A stretch of 64,000 bases of DNA from Bryobacterales bacterium (GTDB lineage: Bacteria > Acidobacteriota > Terriglobia > Bryobacterales > UBA6623), in the NCBI GenBank assembly GCA_965238125.1, contig OZ250179.1:6279364-6343363 (forward strand), in the 5' to 3' direction. The notes beneath the pieces are model-generated. The model did not search any database. It saw nothing but the letters and a program-made list of their open reading frames with translations, and was not told the origin of the DNA. A program made the position numbers and the translations under genes. Positions within the stretch are counted from its first letter, which is position 1. The number at the start of each line of letters is the position of its first letter. Positions 20,127-30,237 of the stretch are shown one piece after another.

Positions 20127-22808
20127 ATGTTCAGGGCCAAATTGATTGCGCGAGCAGCTCTCCTCTTGCTGCTCGTCATGCCGCCCGTTGCGGCCCAATC
20201 TTTCAGCGGACTTTCCGCGCCCACCGGGCTCGATGCTTCCGACGGCGCCTATTCCACGAAAGTCGGCCTGGCTTGGGAGCACGTTCGTGGCGCGGTCAAC
20301 TACCGCGTCCTTCGCGCCGGCGTCAATGACCCCGCTACCGCCGTGCTGGTGGGAACCACCCCTTCGATCATCTTTTTCGACGAAACCGCCGTTCCCGGTG
20401 AAACCTATTTCTATTGGATCCAAGCCGAGGCGGACGGTCAGGACGGCCCCCTCAGCGCTTCCGATGAAGGCTTTCGGGCCGAGGGACGTACCAGCTTGTT
20501 CGGGCCGATCGACCCGCTGCAGCCTCCTCCCGCACCGGCGGAAAACCCCATCACCGGCGCCAAGGTTTATCTCGGCAAGACGTTGTTTTGGGAGGAGCAG
20601 CTTTCCTCCACCCGCACGGTCTCATGCGGTACCTGTCACCGGCCGCGCAGCGGAGGCTCCGACCCGCGTTCGATGATCGGCTCGGCCGCTTCGCAAAACC
20701 CGGGCAAAGACGCCGTGTTTGACAGCGATGACGACATCGTCGGGTCGCCCGGCGTGCCGCGCAGCGACTCTCGGGGCGCCTACCTCGGGGCGCCCAGATT
20801 CGGTATCGCCGACCAGGTTACGCCGCGCAAAGCCCAGTCGTTCATCGACGCCGGTCACAATACGCTCACCGATTCCGGGTTGCTGTGGGACGGCCGCGCC
20901 TTCCCGCGATTTGTCGATCCGCTGACCGGCGAAGTCGTCATCGAGCGCGGCGGCGCTCTCGAAACCCAATCCTTGATGCCGATCCTCGACGAAACCGAGA
21001 TGAGCCATGAGAACGCCGACTGGGGCGACATCACCGCGCGGCTCGCGGCCTCGAAGCCGCTGGGGCTCGCCGCTTTCGTCCCGCCGGCACTTTCGGCTTG
21101 GGTAAGCGGGCGCGGCTACGCGGAGCTTTTCGACGAGGCCTTCGGCACGCCCGAAATCACGCCGGCCCGCATCGCCATGGCCATCGCGAGTTATGAGCCG
21201 ACGCTGTTTTCCGATCGCGCGCCGATCGATCTTGTCGTCTCGGAAATCACTGAAGAACCCGCCGCGGAAGGTCGCGGCCGCGATGTCTTCTTGGACTCCA
21301 AGTGTGACGCCTGCCATCGGGCCGGGCTGTTTTCCGACAACCGCTTCCACGCCATCGGCCTGCGCCCCACCGACGAGGACGAGGGTCGCCTCAACGTCAC
21401 CGGGGACCCCAGGGATGTGGCTCAGTTCCGCACGCCCAGCCTCCGCAACGTCGGTCTTCGCGCTCCCTTCATGCACAACGGGGGCTTCGCCACTCTCGAG
21501 CAAGTCGTCGAGTTCTACGACCGCGGCGGTGATTTCGACTCCTTCAACAAGGACACGAGTTTTGTTCGCAAACTCGGGCTCACGGACCGAGAGAAATCGG
21601 ATCTCGTCGCTTTTCTGCGAAACATGCTGACCGACCCGCGGGTGGCGGCCGAGGCCGGACCGCTGTTCGACCGACCGTTGCTCTATTCCGAATCGGCCCG
21701 CGTGCCCGCGGTTTTCGGCGAGGGGTCGGCCGCCGCGGGCCGCGCGGTTCCCCAAATACGGGCGATCGAACAGCCCTTCGCCGGAAATCCGAACTTCACC
21801 GTCGGCCTGTTTGACGCGGCCGAGGGCGCGACGGCTTTTCTCGTGATCGACGAACAAGACCCCGGCATCCGCTCGACGATTCCGACCACGGCCTCGTTTT
21901 TCCGCGGCTCCACTCGGATCTCCGACGACGCCGAACGGCGCGGCTCCGCCTCGCTCAGTCTTCGCGTTCCCGACGATGCGGGCGGAATGACGCTGTTCGG
22001 TCGTTGGTATGTGAGCGATTTCGGAAGCGTGTCGGTCAGTCCGGGCTTTCGAATGACGATCTTCGAACCCGGTCGTCAACCGCCGGCCGACTCGATGTTC
22101 GCCGTCGTCTCGGCCGCGTCACTGAGCGTCGGCTCGGTCGCGCCCGAGTCGATCGTGAGCGGTTTCGGCGCTGGCTTGTCGGCGGCCACTGGAGAAGTCG
22201 AGTCTCTGCCGCTGCCGACCAGCCTCGCCGGGGTCAACGTTCTGGTCACCGACAGCACGGGCCGCGAACGGATGGCGGGATTGTTCTTCTCCTCACCCCG
22301 GCAGATTAACTATCAAGTCCCGCCGGGAACCGCCGAGGGCGAGGCCGTCGTGTCGGTGGTTTCGGCGGGCCGGGTCGTCGCCGGGGGGAACCTACAGGTC
22401 ACGGCCGTCGCGCCCGGCTTATTCGCGGCCAACGCGAACGGTCGAGGGACGGCGGCGGCCCAGTTGTTGCGCGTGGAGCGCGACGGCTCCCAGAGCTTTC
22501 AATCCACCGCGCGGTTCGACGCCGAGCGAAACGAGTTTGTTTCGACCTCGATCGACTTCGGCCCCGACGACGATCGGCTATTCCTCGTTCTGTTCGGCAC
22601 CGGCATTCGATTCCACGATGGCGATGTAACGGCGATGGTAGGCGGCGAAGCGGTCGACGTGCTCTTCGCGGGGCGCCAACCTCAGTTCGTCGGCGTCGAC
22701 CAGGTGAATCTACGGTTACCCCGCACGCTGGCAGGTCGCGGCGAGGTCGACATTGTCCTCGTTGTCGACGGTCAGGCGGCGAACACCGTCCAAGTGGCCT
22801 TTGAGTAG
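20127..22808 (+). CDS. Secreted di-haem cytochrome c peroxidase/MauG-family protein with N-terminal Fn3-like and C-terminal TIGR03437-like domains
   Basis: Signal peptide; LGKTLFWE..LS, CGTCH, LLWDGRA, CDACH, FRTPSLRNV..APFMHNG; C-terminal VAPESIVSGFG..SPRQINYQVP..GVDQVN. Confidence 0.88.
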   Translation: MFRAKLIARAALLLLLVMPPVAAQSFSGLSAPTGLDASDGAYSTKVGLAWEHVRGAVNYRVLRAGVNDPATAVLVGTTPSIIFFDETAVPGETYFYWIQAEADGQDGPLSASDEGFRAEGRTSLFGPIDPLQPPPAPAENPITGAKVYLGKTLFWEEQLSSTRTVSCGTCHRPRSGGSDPRSMIGSAASQNPGKDAVFDSDDDIVGSPGVPRSDSRGAYLGAPRFGIADQVTPRKAQSFIDAGHNTLTDSGLLWDGRAFPRFVDPLTGEVVIERGGALETQSLMPILDETEMSHENADWGDITARLAASKPLGLAAFVPPALSAWVSGRGYAELFDEAFGTPEITPARIAMAIASYEPTLFSDRAPIDLVVSEITEEPAAEGRGRDVFLDSKCDACHRAGLFSDNRFHAIGLRPTDEDEGRLNVTGDPRDVAQFRTPSLRNVGLRAPFMHNGGFATLEQVVEFYDRGGDFDSFNKDTSFVRKLGLTDREKSDLVAFLRNMLTDPRVAAEAGPLFDRPLLYSESARVPAVFGEGSAAAGRAVPQIRAIEQPFAGNPNFTVGLFDAAEGATAFLVIDEQDPGIRSTIPTTASFFRGSTRISDDAERRGSASLSLRVPDDAGGMTLFGRWYVSDFGSVSVSPGFRMTIFEPGRQPPADSMFAVVSAASLSVGSVAPESIVSGFGAGLSAATGEVESLPLPTSLAGVNVLVTDSTGRERMAGLFFSSPRQINYQVPPGTAEGEAVVSVVSAGRVVAGGNLQVTAVAPGLFAANANGRGTAAAQLLRVERDGSQSFQSTARFDAERNEFVSTSIDFGPDDDRLFLVLFGTGIRFHDGDVTAMVGGEAVDVLFAGRQPQFVGVDQVNLRLPRTLAGRGEVDIVLVVDGQAANTVQVAFE

Positions 22809-22875
22809 CGCCAAACGCGTGGCGAAAACCGGCGTCACGTCTCCGGAAACCGCCCCAAACCGAGCCGCTTGCTAA

Positions 22876-22975
22876 GGGGCTGCGAAAAATGGGGGACAGT
22901 CCACTTCGCGCCATCGAAATATATTGATTCGATGGAACTTATTCGGCCGGCGCTTGGGACAGTCCCCAATTTTTC
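22876..22975 (+). repeat. REP-like family C element, nested after a family B arm
   Basis: GGGCTGCGAAAAATGGGGGACAGTCC...GGCGCTTGGGACAGTCCCCAATTTTTC, preceded by CAAACCGAGCCGC at 22856. Confidence 0.75.
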
Positions 22976-23216
22976 CAAACCGAGCCGCGTGCGTTAGCAA
23001 GCGGTATGCGTTGAGGCTGCCGGGAGCGTTGAGCGTGATGATCCCACCACCGCCACCCCGGGGCCTCCACCCGCTGACGGGGCTTGTTGACCGATCGCCA
23101 TCCGAGATAGGCCCTTCGGACGCGGATGCAATAGCCCCGGGCATCGCATTTCCACCAACTTCCTTCGCGCTGACGGCCTCATCGCATACCGCTTGCTAAT
23201 GCGCGGCTCAGTTTGG
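22975..23216 (+). mobile_element. MITE/REPIN-like family B (~235 bp with ~38-bp terminal inverted repeats)
   Basis: CCAAACCGAGCCGCGTGCGTTAGCAAGCGGTATGCG ... CGCATACCGCTTGCTAATGCGCGGCTCAGTTTGG; related copy at 40901-41129. Confidence 0.8.
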
Positions 23217-23259
23217 GGGCGTCCCGCCTCCTCTCGGCTATCATGACTGCTTGGCCGAT

Positions 23260-25140
23260 ATGTCTGATATTCCAACCCTGATCCCCCGCGAAGTCCTGTT
23301 CGGCAACCCCGAACGCACCAGTCCGCGCCTATCCCCCGACGGGGCGCGCATGGCCTATCTGGCGCCCGACGAGGGTGTGCTCAATTGTTGGGTGCGAACG
23401 GTCGGCCTCGAAGATGATCACGCGGTGACGAAAGACCGCGGGCGCGGCATCCGCACCTTTTTCTGGGCCCACGACAATCGCCACCTGCTCTATCTTCAAG
23501 ACGCCGACGGCGACGAAAATTGGAGCCTCTATTCGGTGAATCTCGAAACCAAGGAGATTCGCGACCTGACGCCGTTTGAGAAGGTTCGCGTCAACGAAGT
23601 CTTCACCGACCCAAATTTCCCCGACGACATCCTGCTCTCGCTCAACCGCCGCGACCCCGAGGTCTTCGATCTGCATCGCTTGCGCCTGTCGACCGGAAAG
23701 GTCGAGCCTGAGGCGGAAAACCCGGGCAACTACATCGCCTGGTTGACCGACAACGAGTTTCGGTTGAGAGGCGCAACGGCGGCTCTGCCCGAGGGCGGAT
23801 TTCAACTGCTGGTTAGTCCCGCACCCGGGGCCGAATTCGAGCCGTGTCTGACCTGGGGGCCCGAGGACAACGGCGGCTGCCTCGGGTTCACGCCCGACGG
23901 CGAGCATCTCTACATCGAAGACAGCCTCGAAAGCGACACCACCGAACTCTATACGATCGATCTGCAAGCCCAAGGCAGAAAAGTGCTCAGCCGTGATGAT
24001 CGAGTCGACCTCGGGCCAGTGCTTGTCCATCCAACGCGTCACCATGTGCAGGCGGTCGGCAGCAGCCTCGATCGGTTGCGCTGGGAAGTGCTCGATGAAT
24101 CAATTGCCGAGGACTTCGCCGTGCTCGAAAAGGTTCACGCCGGGGAGTTGAATCTGGTCAGCCGCGATTTGGCGGACCGCACGTGGCTGACCGCCTACAC
24201 TTCCGACCAAGCGGCGGTCGCCTATTACACCTACGACCGCAAGAAGCGCGAGGCGACCTACCTTTTCAGCAATCGAAGCGATCTCGGCGACTACACGCTC
24301 GCTCCGATGCAGCCGGTGAAGATCCCGGCGCGCGACGGCTTGGTGCTGCACAGCTACCTCACCGTCCCGGCCGGGGAGGCGAAGAACCTGCCGCTGGTCC
24401 TGAATGTTCACGGCGGGCCGTGGGCGCGTGATTCGTGGGGGTATGATCCCGAAACGCAGTGGTTGGCGAATCGCGGCTACGCGGTCTTGCAGGTGAACTA
24501 TCGGGGTTCGACCGGTTTCGGGAAGACGTTCATGAATGCCGGCAATCGCGAGTGGGGCGCAAAAATGCACGACGACCTACTCGATGCGGTGGACTGGGCC
24601 GTGTCGGAAGGCGTGGCCAACCGCGAGCGCGTTTGTATCTATGGCGGTAGCTACGGCGGCTACGCGGCGCTGGTCGGCGCGGCCTTTACGCCCGATGTTT
24701 TTTGTTGCGCGGTTGATATCGTCGGTCCATCGAACATTTGCACCTTGATCGAGTCGGTACCGCCTTACTGGAAGCCCCTGTTGAGCATCTTTCGGATCCG
24801 CGTCGGGGATGTCGAAACCGAGCGCGATTTTCTGGAATCGCGATCGCCGCTGTTTCAGGCCGACCGCATCAATATTCCGATGCTGGTCGCCCAGGGGGCT
24901 AACGACCCGCGCGTCAAGCAAACCGAAGCCGAGCAGATCGTCGCGGCACTCAAGGCCAAGGGGAAAGATTTCGAGTATTTGCTCTATGAAGACGAGGGGC
25001 ACGGCTTCGCGCGGCCCGAGAATCGCATGGCGTTCTATGCGGCGGCGGAGGAGTTTCTGGGGCGGCATTTGGGCGGGCGGAGTGAGCCGCCGGGGGAGGC
25101 GGAAGCGGAGATTCTGGGGAAGGTACGGCAGGCTGACTGA
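23260..25140 (+). CDS. S9 family peptidase (dipeptidyl aminopeptidase/acylaminoacyl peptidase)
   Basis: [16 protein letters not shown] (nucleophile), [14 protein letters not shown]. Confidence 0.95.
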   Translation: MSDIPTLIPREVLFGNPERTSPRLSPDGARMAYLAPDEGVLNCWVRTVGLEDDHAVTKDRGRGIRTFFWAHDNRHLLYLQDADGDENWSLYSVNLETKEIRDLTPFEKVRVNEVFTDPNFPDDILLSLNRRDPEVFDLHRLRLSTGKVEPEAENPGNYIAWLTDNEFRLRGATAALPEGGFQLLVSPAPGAEFEPCLTWGPEDNGGCLGFTPDGEHLYIEDSLESDTTELYTIDLQAQGRKVLSRDDRVDLGPVLVHPTRHHVQAVGSSLDRLRWEVLDESIAEDFAVLEKVHAGELNLVSRDLADRTWLTAYTSDQAAVAYYTYDRKKREATYLFSNRSDLGDYTLAPMQPVKIPARDGLVLHSYLTVPAGEAKNLPLVLNVHGGPWARDSWGYDPETQWLANRGYAVLQVNYRGSTGFGKTFMNAGNREWGAKMHDDLLDAVDWAVSEGVANRERVCIYGGSYGGYAALVGAAFTPDVFCCAVDIVGPSNICTLIESVPPYWKPLLSIFRIRVGDVETERDFLESRSPLFQADRINIPMLVAQGANDPRVKQTEAEQIVAALKAKGKDFEYLLYEDEGHGFARPENRMAFYAAAEEFLGRHLGGRSEPPGEAEAEILGKVRQAD

Positions 25141-25255
25141 GGAAGGTCGTGGGGCTCGCGATGCCGCGTTTCGAGTTTTGATCAGGGCAGAGTCCGTTTC
25201 TATGAATCGGCGGATTCATGATGCCGCCATGAAAATGGGTGGCGTGGCCGCTCCC

Positions 25256-25349
25256 GCCGCCCTTTCAGGGCTCCCTCCCAGGTGGAGGCTACCCAGGGTT
25301 CCGCCTTCGGCTCCACCCTGGGCTGGGGCTCCTGTCGCCGCTTCGCGGC
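25256..25349 (+). repeat. REP-like family A copy preceded by an ATGAAT..ATTCATG..ATGAAAA module
   Basis: GCCGCCCTTTCAGGGCT...CCCAGGGTTCCGCCTTCGGCTCCACCCTGGGCT...CCGCTTCGCGGC. Confidence 0.8.
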
Positions 25350-25602
25350 GGCGGCGGTTCGCGATTTCGGTGAAAGCAAGTTAATGCATGATATTCTCGG
25401 GGGCTATTTTCGGAGCAGCGATGTCGCCACGAATGGCGACACGGCACGATGAAAGCGTGCGCCACGTCGGGGGGGGCGTTCGACGTCGAGGAGGTTCCGG
25501 GGCTGTTTTCGGATGAGTTGGACGGCCTTTTCCCCGTGCCCCTGCCGCGGCTTGCCGTCATATTGTGCGGTTACCCACGGTTCCGCTTCGCTCCACCGTG
25601 GG

Positions 25603-27303
25603 CTACTTTCCCGCGCCCCCTACCGGGGGCTGGGTTCTCGCTCTGCTCGAACCTTCCGGCTCGTCCCGGAGGGTAAAGGAAAATAGCCCCGCCCCGGAGG
25701 CAATCGCGACGTACTGCTTGCCGTCGACGCTGTAGGTGATCGGCGAGTTGGCGATTTGCCCGCCGAGATAACGCTTCCACAGTAGCTTTCCCGTCTTTGC
25801 GTTAAGGGCATAGAAGAAGCCCTCGCGACTTCCTGAAAAAAGGACGTTGCCGGCGGTGGAAAGCAGTCCGCTGTCGGTTACGTCGGCCATGGCGAACTCC
25901 CAGGCCGTTTCGCCCGTCAACGGATTCATGCCGCGCACCGCGCCGTAGCCTGACTCCTTGTCCCAACTATGAATTCGGTCGCGGGTGATGGCCGTAATCG
26001 TCGACTTGACGGTTCCGCCGGCGTACCAAGCCCCTGGGGTGTAAACGGGTTTCGACTTGTAGTAGGTGCTCGAGTAGCCTTCCCAAACCGCCAGGTAGAA
26101 AAGCTTCGTCAGCGGGCTGAACGCCGGCGCGTACCAGTTCGTCGCTCCCTGGACGCCGGGAAACGTCAGGCTGCCTTCTTTGCTCGGCCCTCGCCCGCGA
26201 ACCTTGATGGGGCGGCCGGCCTCGTCGAGCCCCACCGCCCAGGTCTGCTTGACGAAGGGTTTGCCGAGCAGGAACTCGCCAGTCTCGCGGTCGAGCACGT
26301 AATAGAACCCGTTGCGGTTCGCCCACAGAATGAGCCTGCGCTCCTCGCCCTTCCAGGGAAGATCGACCAGCACCGGGATCTGAACCGAGTCGAAGTCCCA
26401 TTCATCGTGAGGCGTGAATTGGAAATGCCAGGCGAGCTTGCCGGTATCCGCGTTGAGGGCGATGACCGAGTCGGTGTAGAGGTTGTCGCCGGGGCGCACG
26501 TCGGGGTTCCAGTCCGGGGAGGGGTTGCCGACGCCCCAGTAGGTGAGATTCAATTCGGGGTCGTACGAACCCGTCAGCCAAATCGACCCGCCGCCGGTCT
26601 TCCAAGCGTCGTTTTCCCAGGTCTCGTGGCCGGGCTCGCCGGGGCGGGGGATGGTGTTGAACTTCCAAGCCTCCTTGCCCGTTTCGGCATCATAGGCAGC
26701 CAGGAAACCGCGAATGCCCATCTCGCCCCCGGCGGTGCCGACGATGACTTTGTCCTTGACGACCAACGGCGCCAAGGCCATCGCATAGCCTTGGGTGTAG
26801 TCGAAAAGGGTGACGTCCCATTTCTTCGAGCCGGTCGCTCGGTCGAGCGCGATCAGGCGCATGTCGAGTGTGGCGAGAAAGAGCGTGTCGTCGAGAATCG
26901 CCACTCCGCGGTTGACGCGCCCGCAGCAGGGAACGACCTTATCGGGCAGGTCGTGCTCGTAGATCCAAAACACGCGCCCGGTTTTGGCGTCTAAAGCGAA
27001 GACGTTGTTGGGTGCTTCGGTGACGTACATCACGCCGTCGACGACCAAGGGTGCGGCTTCGAATTTTTCGAGCGAGCGAGCCTGGAAAACCCAGTCCATC
27101 TCGAGCTGCTCGACGTTGGCGGGGGTGATGGAATCGAGCGCGCTGTGGTGGATGCTGTCATAGGAGCCGTTGTAGGTGAGCCAGTTGTGGGGCTCTTGGG
27201 CGGCCTTGAGGAGGCGTTCGTAGGAGACTTGCGCACCGACGGGCAGCCCCGCAATTTGCAGGCTCAAAAGCGTGAAGAGCAGCACTAGCGTCGAAGCTCG
27301 CAT
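25603..27303 (-). CDS. PQQ-dependent alcohol dehydrogenase family quinoprotein, probably lanthanide-type
   Basis: Signal peptide; PCCGRVNRG vicinal cysteines, AGGEMGIRG, WGVGNPSP, HDEWDFD, Trp-docking repeats. Confidence 0.92.
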   Translation of the reverse strand: MRASTLVLLFTLLSLQIAGLPVGAQVSYERLLKAAQEPHNWLTYNGSYDSIHHSALDSITPANVEQLEMDWVFQARSLEKFEAAPLVVDGVMYVTEAPNNVFALDAKTGRVFWIYEHDLPDKVVPCCGRVNRGVAILDDTLFLATLDMRLIALDRATGSKKWDVTLFDYTQGYAMALAPLVVKDKVIVGTAGGEMGIRGFLAAYDAETGKEAWKFNTIPRPGEPGHETWENDAWKTGGGSIWLTGSYDPELNLTYWGVGNPSPDWNPDVRPGDNLYTDSVIALNADTGKLAWHFQFTPHDEWDFDSVQIPVLVDLPWKGEERRLILWANRNGFYYVLDRETGEFLLGKPFVKQTWAVGLDEAGRPIKVRGRGPSKEGSLTFPGVQGATNWYAPAFSPLTKLFYLAVWEGYSSTYYKSKPVYTPGAWYAGGTVKSTITAITRDRIHSWDKESGYGAVRGMNPLTGETAWEFAMADVTDSGLLSTAGNVLFSGSREGFFYALNAKTGKLLWKRYLGGQIANSPITYSVDGKQYVAIASGAGLFSFTLRDEPEGSSRARTQPPVGGAGK

Positions 27304-27458
27304 TTCCCAAGGATAGCTTACCGGGAGCGATTTACCGGCCTTGAGAGCGATGTCTGTCAGCCGCTCTAGCCGTTGCTCTAGCCGGGAGTCTCAGAAGTTG
27401 CGAATGGGCAGGCCTGGAGACCTGCCCCACCGGGCGGTTTGCCGTCTCGCACGGCGGT

Positions 27459-27878
27459 CTAGTCGCCCGAAACGTGCAGCGACAGACGCCGATGGTGGGG
27501 GTGGCGGCGGTGTTCGAAAAGGTAGATACCCTGCCAGGTGCCGAGGGTGGGGCGGCCGTTGATGATCGGAATGGAGAGTTGCGATTGCGTTAGCGCCGCG
27601 CGGATGTGCGCCGGCATGTCGTCGGGGCCTTCCATGGTGTGGGTGTAAAGGCTCGAATCCTCGGGCACGAGGTTGCTGAAGAAGGTTTCGAGGTCGCGAA
27701 CGACGTCGGGGTCGGCGTTTTCTTGGATGACGAGCGACGCGGAGGTGTGTTGCACGAAGACGGTGAGCAAGCCTTCCGTCACTCCGAACCCGGAGGCCCA
27801 ACGGGCGACCTCGGCGGTCACCTCGTAGAAGCCCTTCCCGCGGGTGCTGACGGTGATTTCGTGCGTGTGGTGCGGCAT
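27459..27878 (-). CDS. yjbQ: YjbQ/UPF0047 family protein
   Basis: HTSASLVIQENADPDV, EGPDDMPAHIR, LGTWQGIYLFEHR. Confidence 0.92.
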   Translation of the reverse strand: MPHHTHEITVSTRGKGFYEVTAEVARWASGFGVTEGLLTVFVQHTSASLVIQENADPDVVRDLETFFSNLVPEDSSLYTHTMEGPDDMPAHIRAALTQSQLSIPIINGRPTLGTWQGIYLFEHRRHPHHRRLSLHVSGD

Positions 27879-27969
27879 TTGCTTACACTGTAGCCCACGT
27901 CTGAGCCCAACCCCGCTCTGTTAGAATTGGCAGTCGCCACACTCTCGTTTTTCCGCCAAGGGAAAGCTT

Positions 27970-29172
27970 ATGAATATCGAATATTCTGATCGCGTCAAAG
28001 ACCTGCAGCAACAAGTCTCGGCCTTCATGGACGAGCACGTCTATCCCAGCGAAAAGACTTACGCCGAGCAGGTTAATGAAGGCGACCGGTGGCAGCCGAC
28101 CGCCGTGATGGAGGAGCTGAAAACCCGCGGCCGCGAGCAAGGGTTGTGGAACCTGTTTCTCCCTGAAAGCGAGTACGGCGCCGGGTTGACGAATGTCGAA
28201 TACGCTTCGCTCTGCGAAATTATGGGTCGCTCGCCGATTGCGTCGGAGTCTTTCAATTGCTCCGCGCCGGATACCGGCAACATGGAAGTGTTGGTTCGCT
28301 ATGGAACCGAGGAGCAGAAGAAGCAATGGCTCGAGCCGTTGCTCGACGGCAAGATCCGGTCGTGCTTTTGCATGACCGAGCCGGCCGTGGCGTCGTCCGA
28401 CGCGACGAATATCTGTTCGAGCATCGTGCGCGAGGGCGATGAGTATGTCATCAACGGCCGCAAATGGTGGAGTAGCGGGGCCAACGATCCGCGCTGCAAG
28501 ATTTCGATCTTCATGGGCAAGACCGACCCGTCGGCGGCGCCCCACAAACAGCAGTCGATGATTCTGGTGCCGCTCGATGCCGACGGCGTCACCATTCACC
28601 GCCCGCTTACTGTTTTCGGCTATGACGATGCTCCGCACGGGCACGCCGAGGTCAGTTTCGAAAATGTTCGCGTGCCGGCCTCGAACATCTTGCTGGGCGA
28701 GGGGAGGGGGTTCGAGATTGCTCAGGGACGGCTGGGGCCCGGCCGCATTCACCATTGCATGCGGCTGATCGGGATGGCCGAGCGAGCGTTGGAGATGATG
28801 TGCAAGCGAACCAAGGAGCGTGTTGCCTTCGGCAAGCCGATCGCGGATCAGGGGACGATTCGCGCCGACATCGCCGACTCGCGCATGGAGATCGAGCAGG
28901 CCAGGCTGCTGACGCTCAAAGCCGCCCACATGATGGATACCGTCGGCAACAAAGTGGCGCGAGCCGAGATCGCCATGATCAAGGTGATCGCGCCGAATAT
29001 GGCGCTGCGCGTGGTGGACCGCGCCATCCAAGCGCACGGCGGCGGCGGTGTTTGCCAGGACTTCCTGCTGGCGAAATGGTGGGCGAGCGCTCGGACGTTG
29101 CGGCTGGCCGACGGTCCCGATGAAGTCCATCGCGCGGCGGTGGCGAAGCTCGAGCTGCGGAAGTACGACTAA
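27970..29172 (+). CDS. Acyl-CoA dehydrogenase
   Basis: [60 protein letters not shown]. Confidence 0.96.
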   Translation: MNIEYSDRVKDLQQQVSAFMDEHVYPSEKTYAEQVNEGDRWQPTAVMEELKTRGREQGLWNLFLPESEYGAGLTNVEYASLCEIMGRSPIASESFNCSAPDTGNMEVLVRYGTEEQKKQWLEPLLDGKIRSCFCMTEPAVASSDATNICSSIVREGDEYVINGRKWWSSGANDPRCKISIFMGKTDPSAAPHKQQSMILVPLDADGVTIHRPLTVFGYDDAPHGHAEVSFENVRVPASNILLGEGRGFEIAQGRLGPGRIHHCMRLIGMAERALEMMCKRTKERVAFGKPIADQGTIRADIADSRMEIEQARLLTLKAAHMMDTVGNKVARAEIAMIKVIAPNMALRVVDRAIQAHGGGGVCQDFLLAKWWASARTLRLADGPDEVHRAAVAKLELRKYD

Positions 29173-29199
29173 CGGGCGGTGTGCCCACTAAATGCCGCT

Positions 29200-30111
29200 A
29201 TGAAAATGGGTGTCGGTGGCGTTCCTTCCGCCCCTTCAGGGCTCTTCCGGGTGGGGGTTCTCCCCGGGGTTACGCCTTCGGCTCCACCCCGGGCCATATT
29301 CCTGCCGCCTGTTCGCGGTTCAAGGCGGCTGCTCGCGGTTTGCCTGGTCGCTCTCGCCGGCTGTTCGGCTCCGCCGCCCAAGCCCGTTCCCTTTCGCCTC
29401 GACGACTACCGCCTTCTCGACCTCACCCACGCTTACGACGAAAAGACGCTCTATTGGCCGACCGAGGGCAGTTTCGAACATGAGCGAACAGCCTGGGGCG
29501 TCAATGAGAACGGCTACTGGTACAGCTCCTATCGTTTCGCGAGCAGCGAGCACGGCGGGACCCATCTCGATGCCCCGATCCATTTCGCGGAAGGAGCCCC
29601 GGCGGTGGGCGATATCCCCATCGAGCGGCTCACCGGGCCGGGAGTTGTCATCGACATTTCCGCCAAGTGCGCCGCCGACCCCGATGCGCTGCTGACCGCC
29701 GGCGACATCGAAACGCATGAAGCCGTTCACGGGCCGATCTCCCCCGGCTCGGCAGTGTTGGTGCGCACCGGTTGGGCGCTCTATTGGCCCGACGCCGCGA
29801 AATACCTCGGCAGCGACGTGCCCGGTGACGCATCGAACCTCCATTTCCCGGGCGTGTCGGAGGAAGCCGCGAGGCTGTTAGTCGAGCGAAAGATAGTGAT
29901 TGTGGGAATCGACACGGCGAGCATCGATCGAGGCGCTTCGACCCATTTTCGCGCTCATCGGGTGTTCGCGGCGGCCGGTATTGCGTGTCTGGAAAACGTC
30001 GCGCGCCTCGACGAGCTGCCCGCGACGGGCGCGACCGTTTTCGCGTTGCCGATGAAGATCGCGGCCGGATCGGGTGCGCCATGCCGCATTGTGGCGCTGG
30101 TTCCGCGCTGA
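29200..30111 (+). CDS. Cyclase family (kynurenine formamidase-like) lipoprotein; start uncertain
   Basis: Lipobox LAGC, EHGGTHLDAPIHF, VLVRTGW, HFPG, VGIDTASID, LENV, LPMKI..GSGAPCR. Confidence 0.88.
   Translation: MKMGVGGVPSAPSGLFRVGVLPGVTPSAPPRAIFLPPVRGSRRLLAVCLVALAGCSAPPPKPVPFRLDDYRLLDLTHAYDEKTLYWPTEGSFEHERTAWGVNENGYWYSSYRFASSEHGGTHLDAPIHFAEGAPAVGDIPIERLTGPGVVIDISAKCAADPDALLTAGDIETHEAVHGPISPGSAVLVRTGWALYWPDAAKYLGSDVPGDASNLHFPGVSEEAARLLVERKIVIVGIDTASIDRGASTHFRAHRVFAAAGIACLENVARLDELPATGATVFALPMKIAAGSGAPCRIVALVPR
29229..29321 (+). repeat. REP-like family A copy, in frame with the cyclase N-terminus
   Basis: CGCCCCTTCAGGGCT...CCCCGGGGTTACGCCTTCGGCTCCACCCCGGGCCATAT...TTCGCGGTT. Confidence 0.78.
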
Positions 30112-30237
30112 GGCGATCCCCTTAATTCGGTCAAAGTTTTGTGCCGAGATCGAAAATGGCCCTTGCCAACTAAGCGTGATAGGACGTAGAATCCTAACCG
30201 GAGATCCCAAGACGAATCTCCGGGGGGGAGCGCGTCA

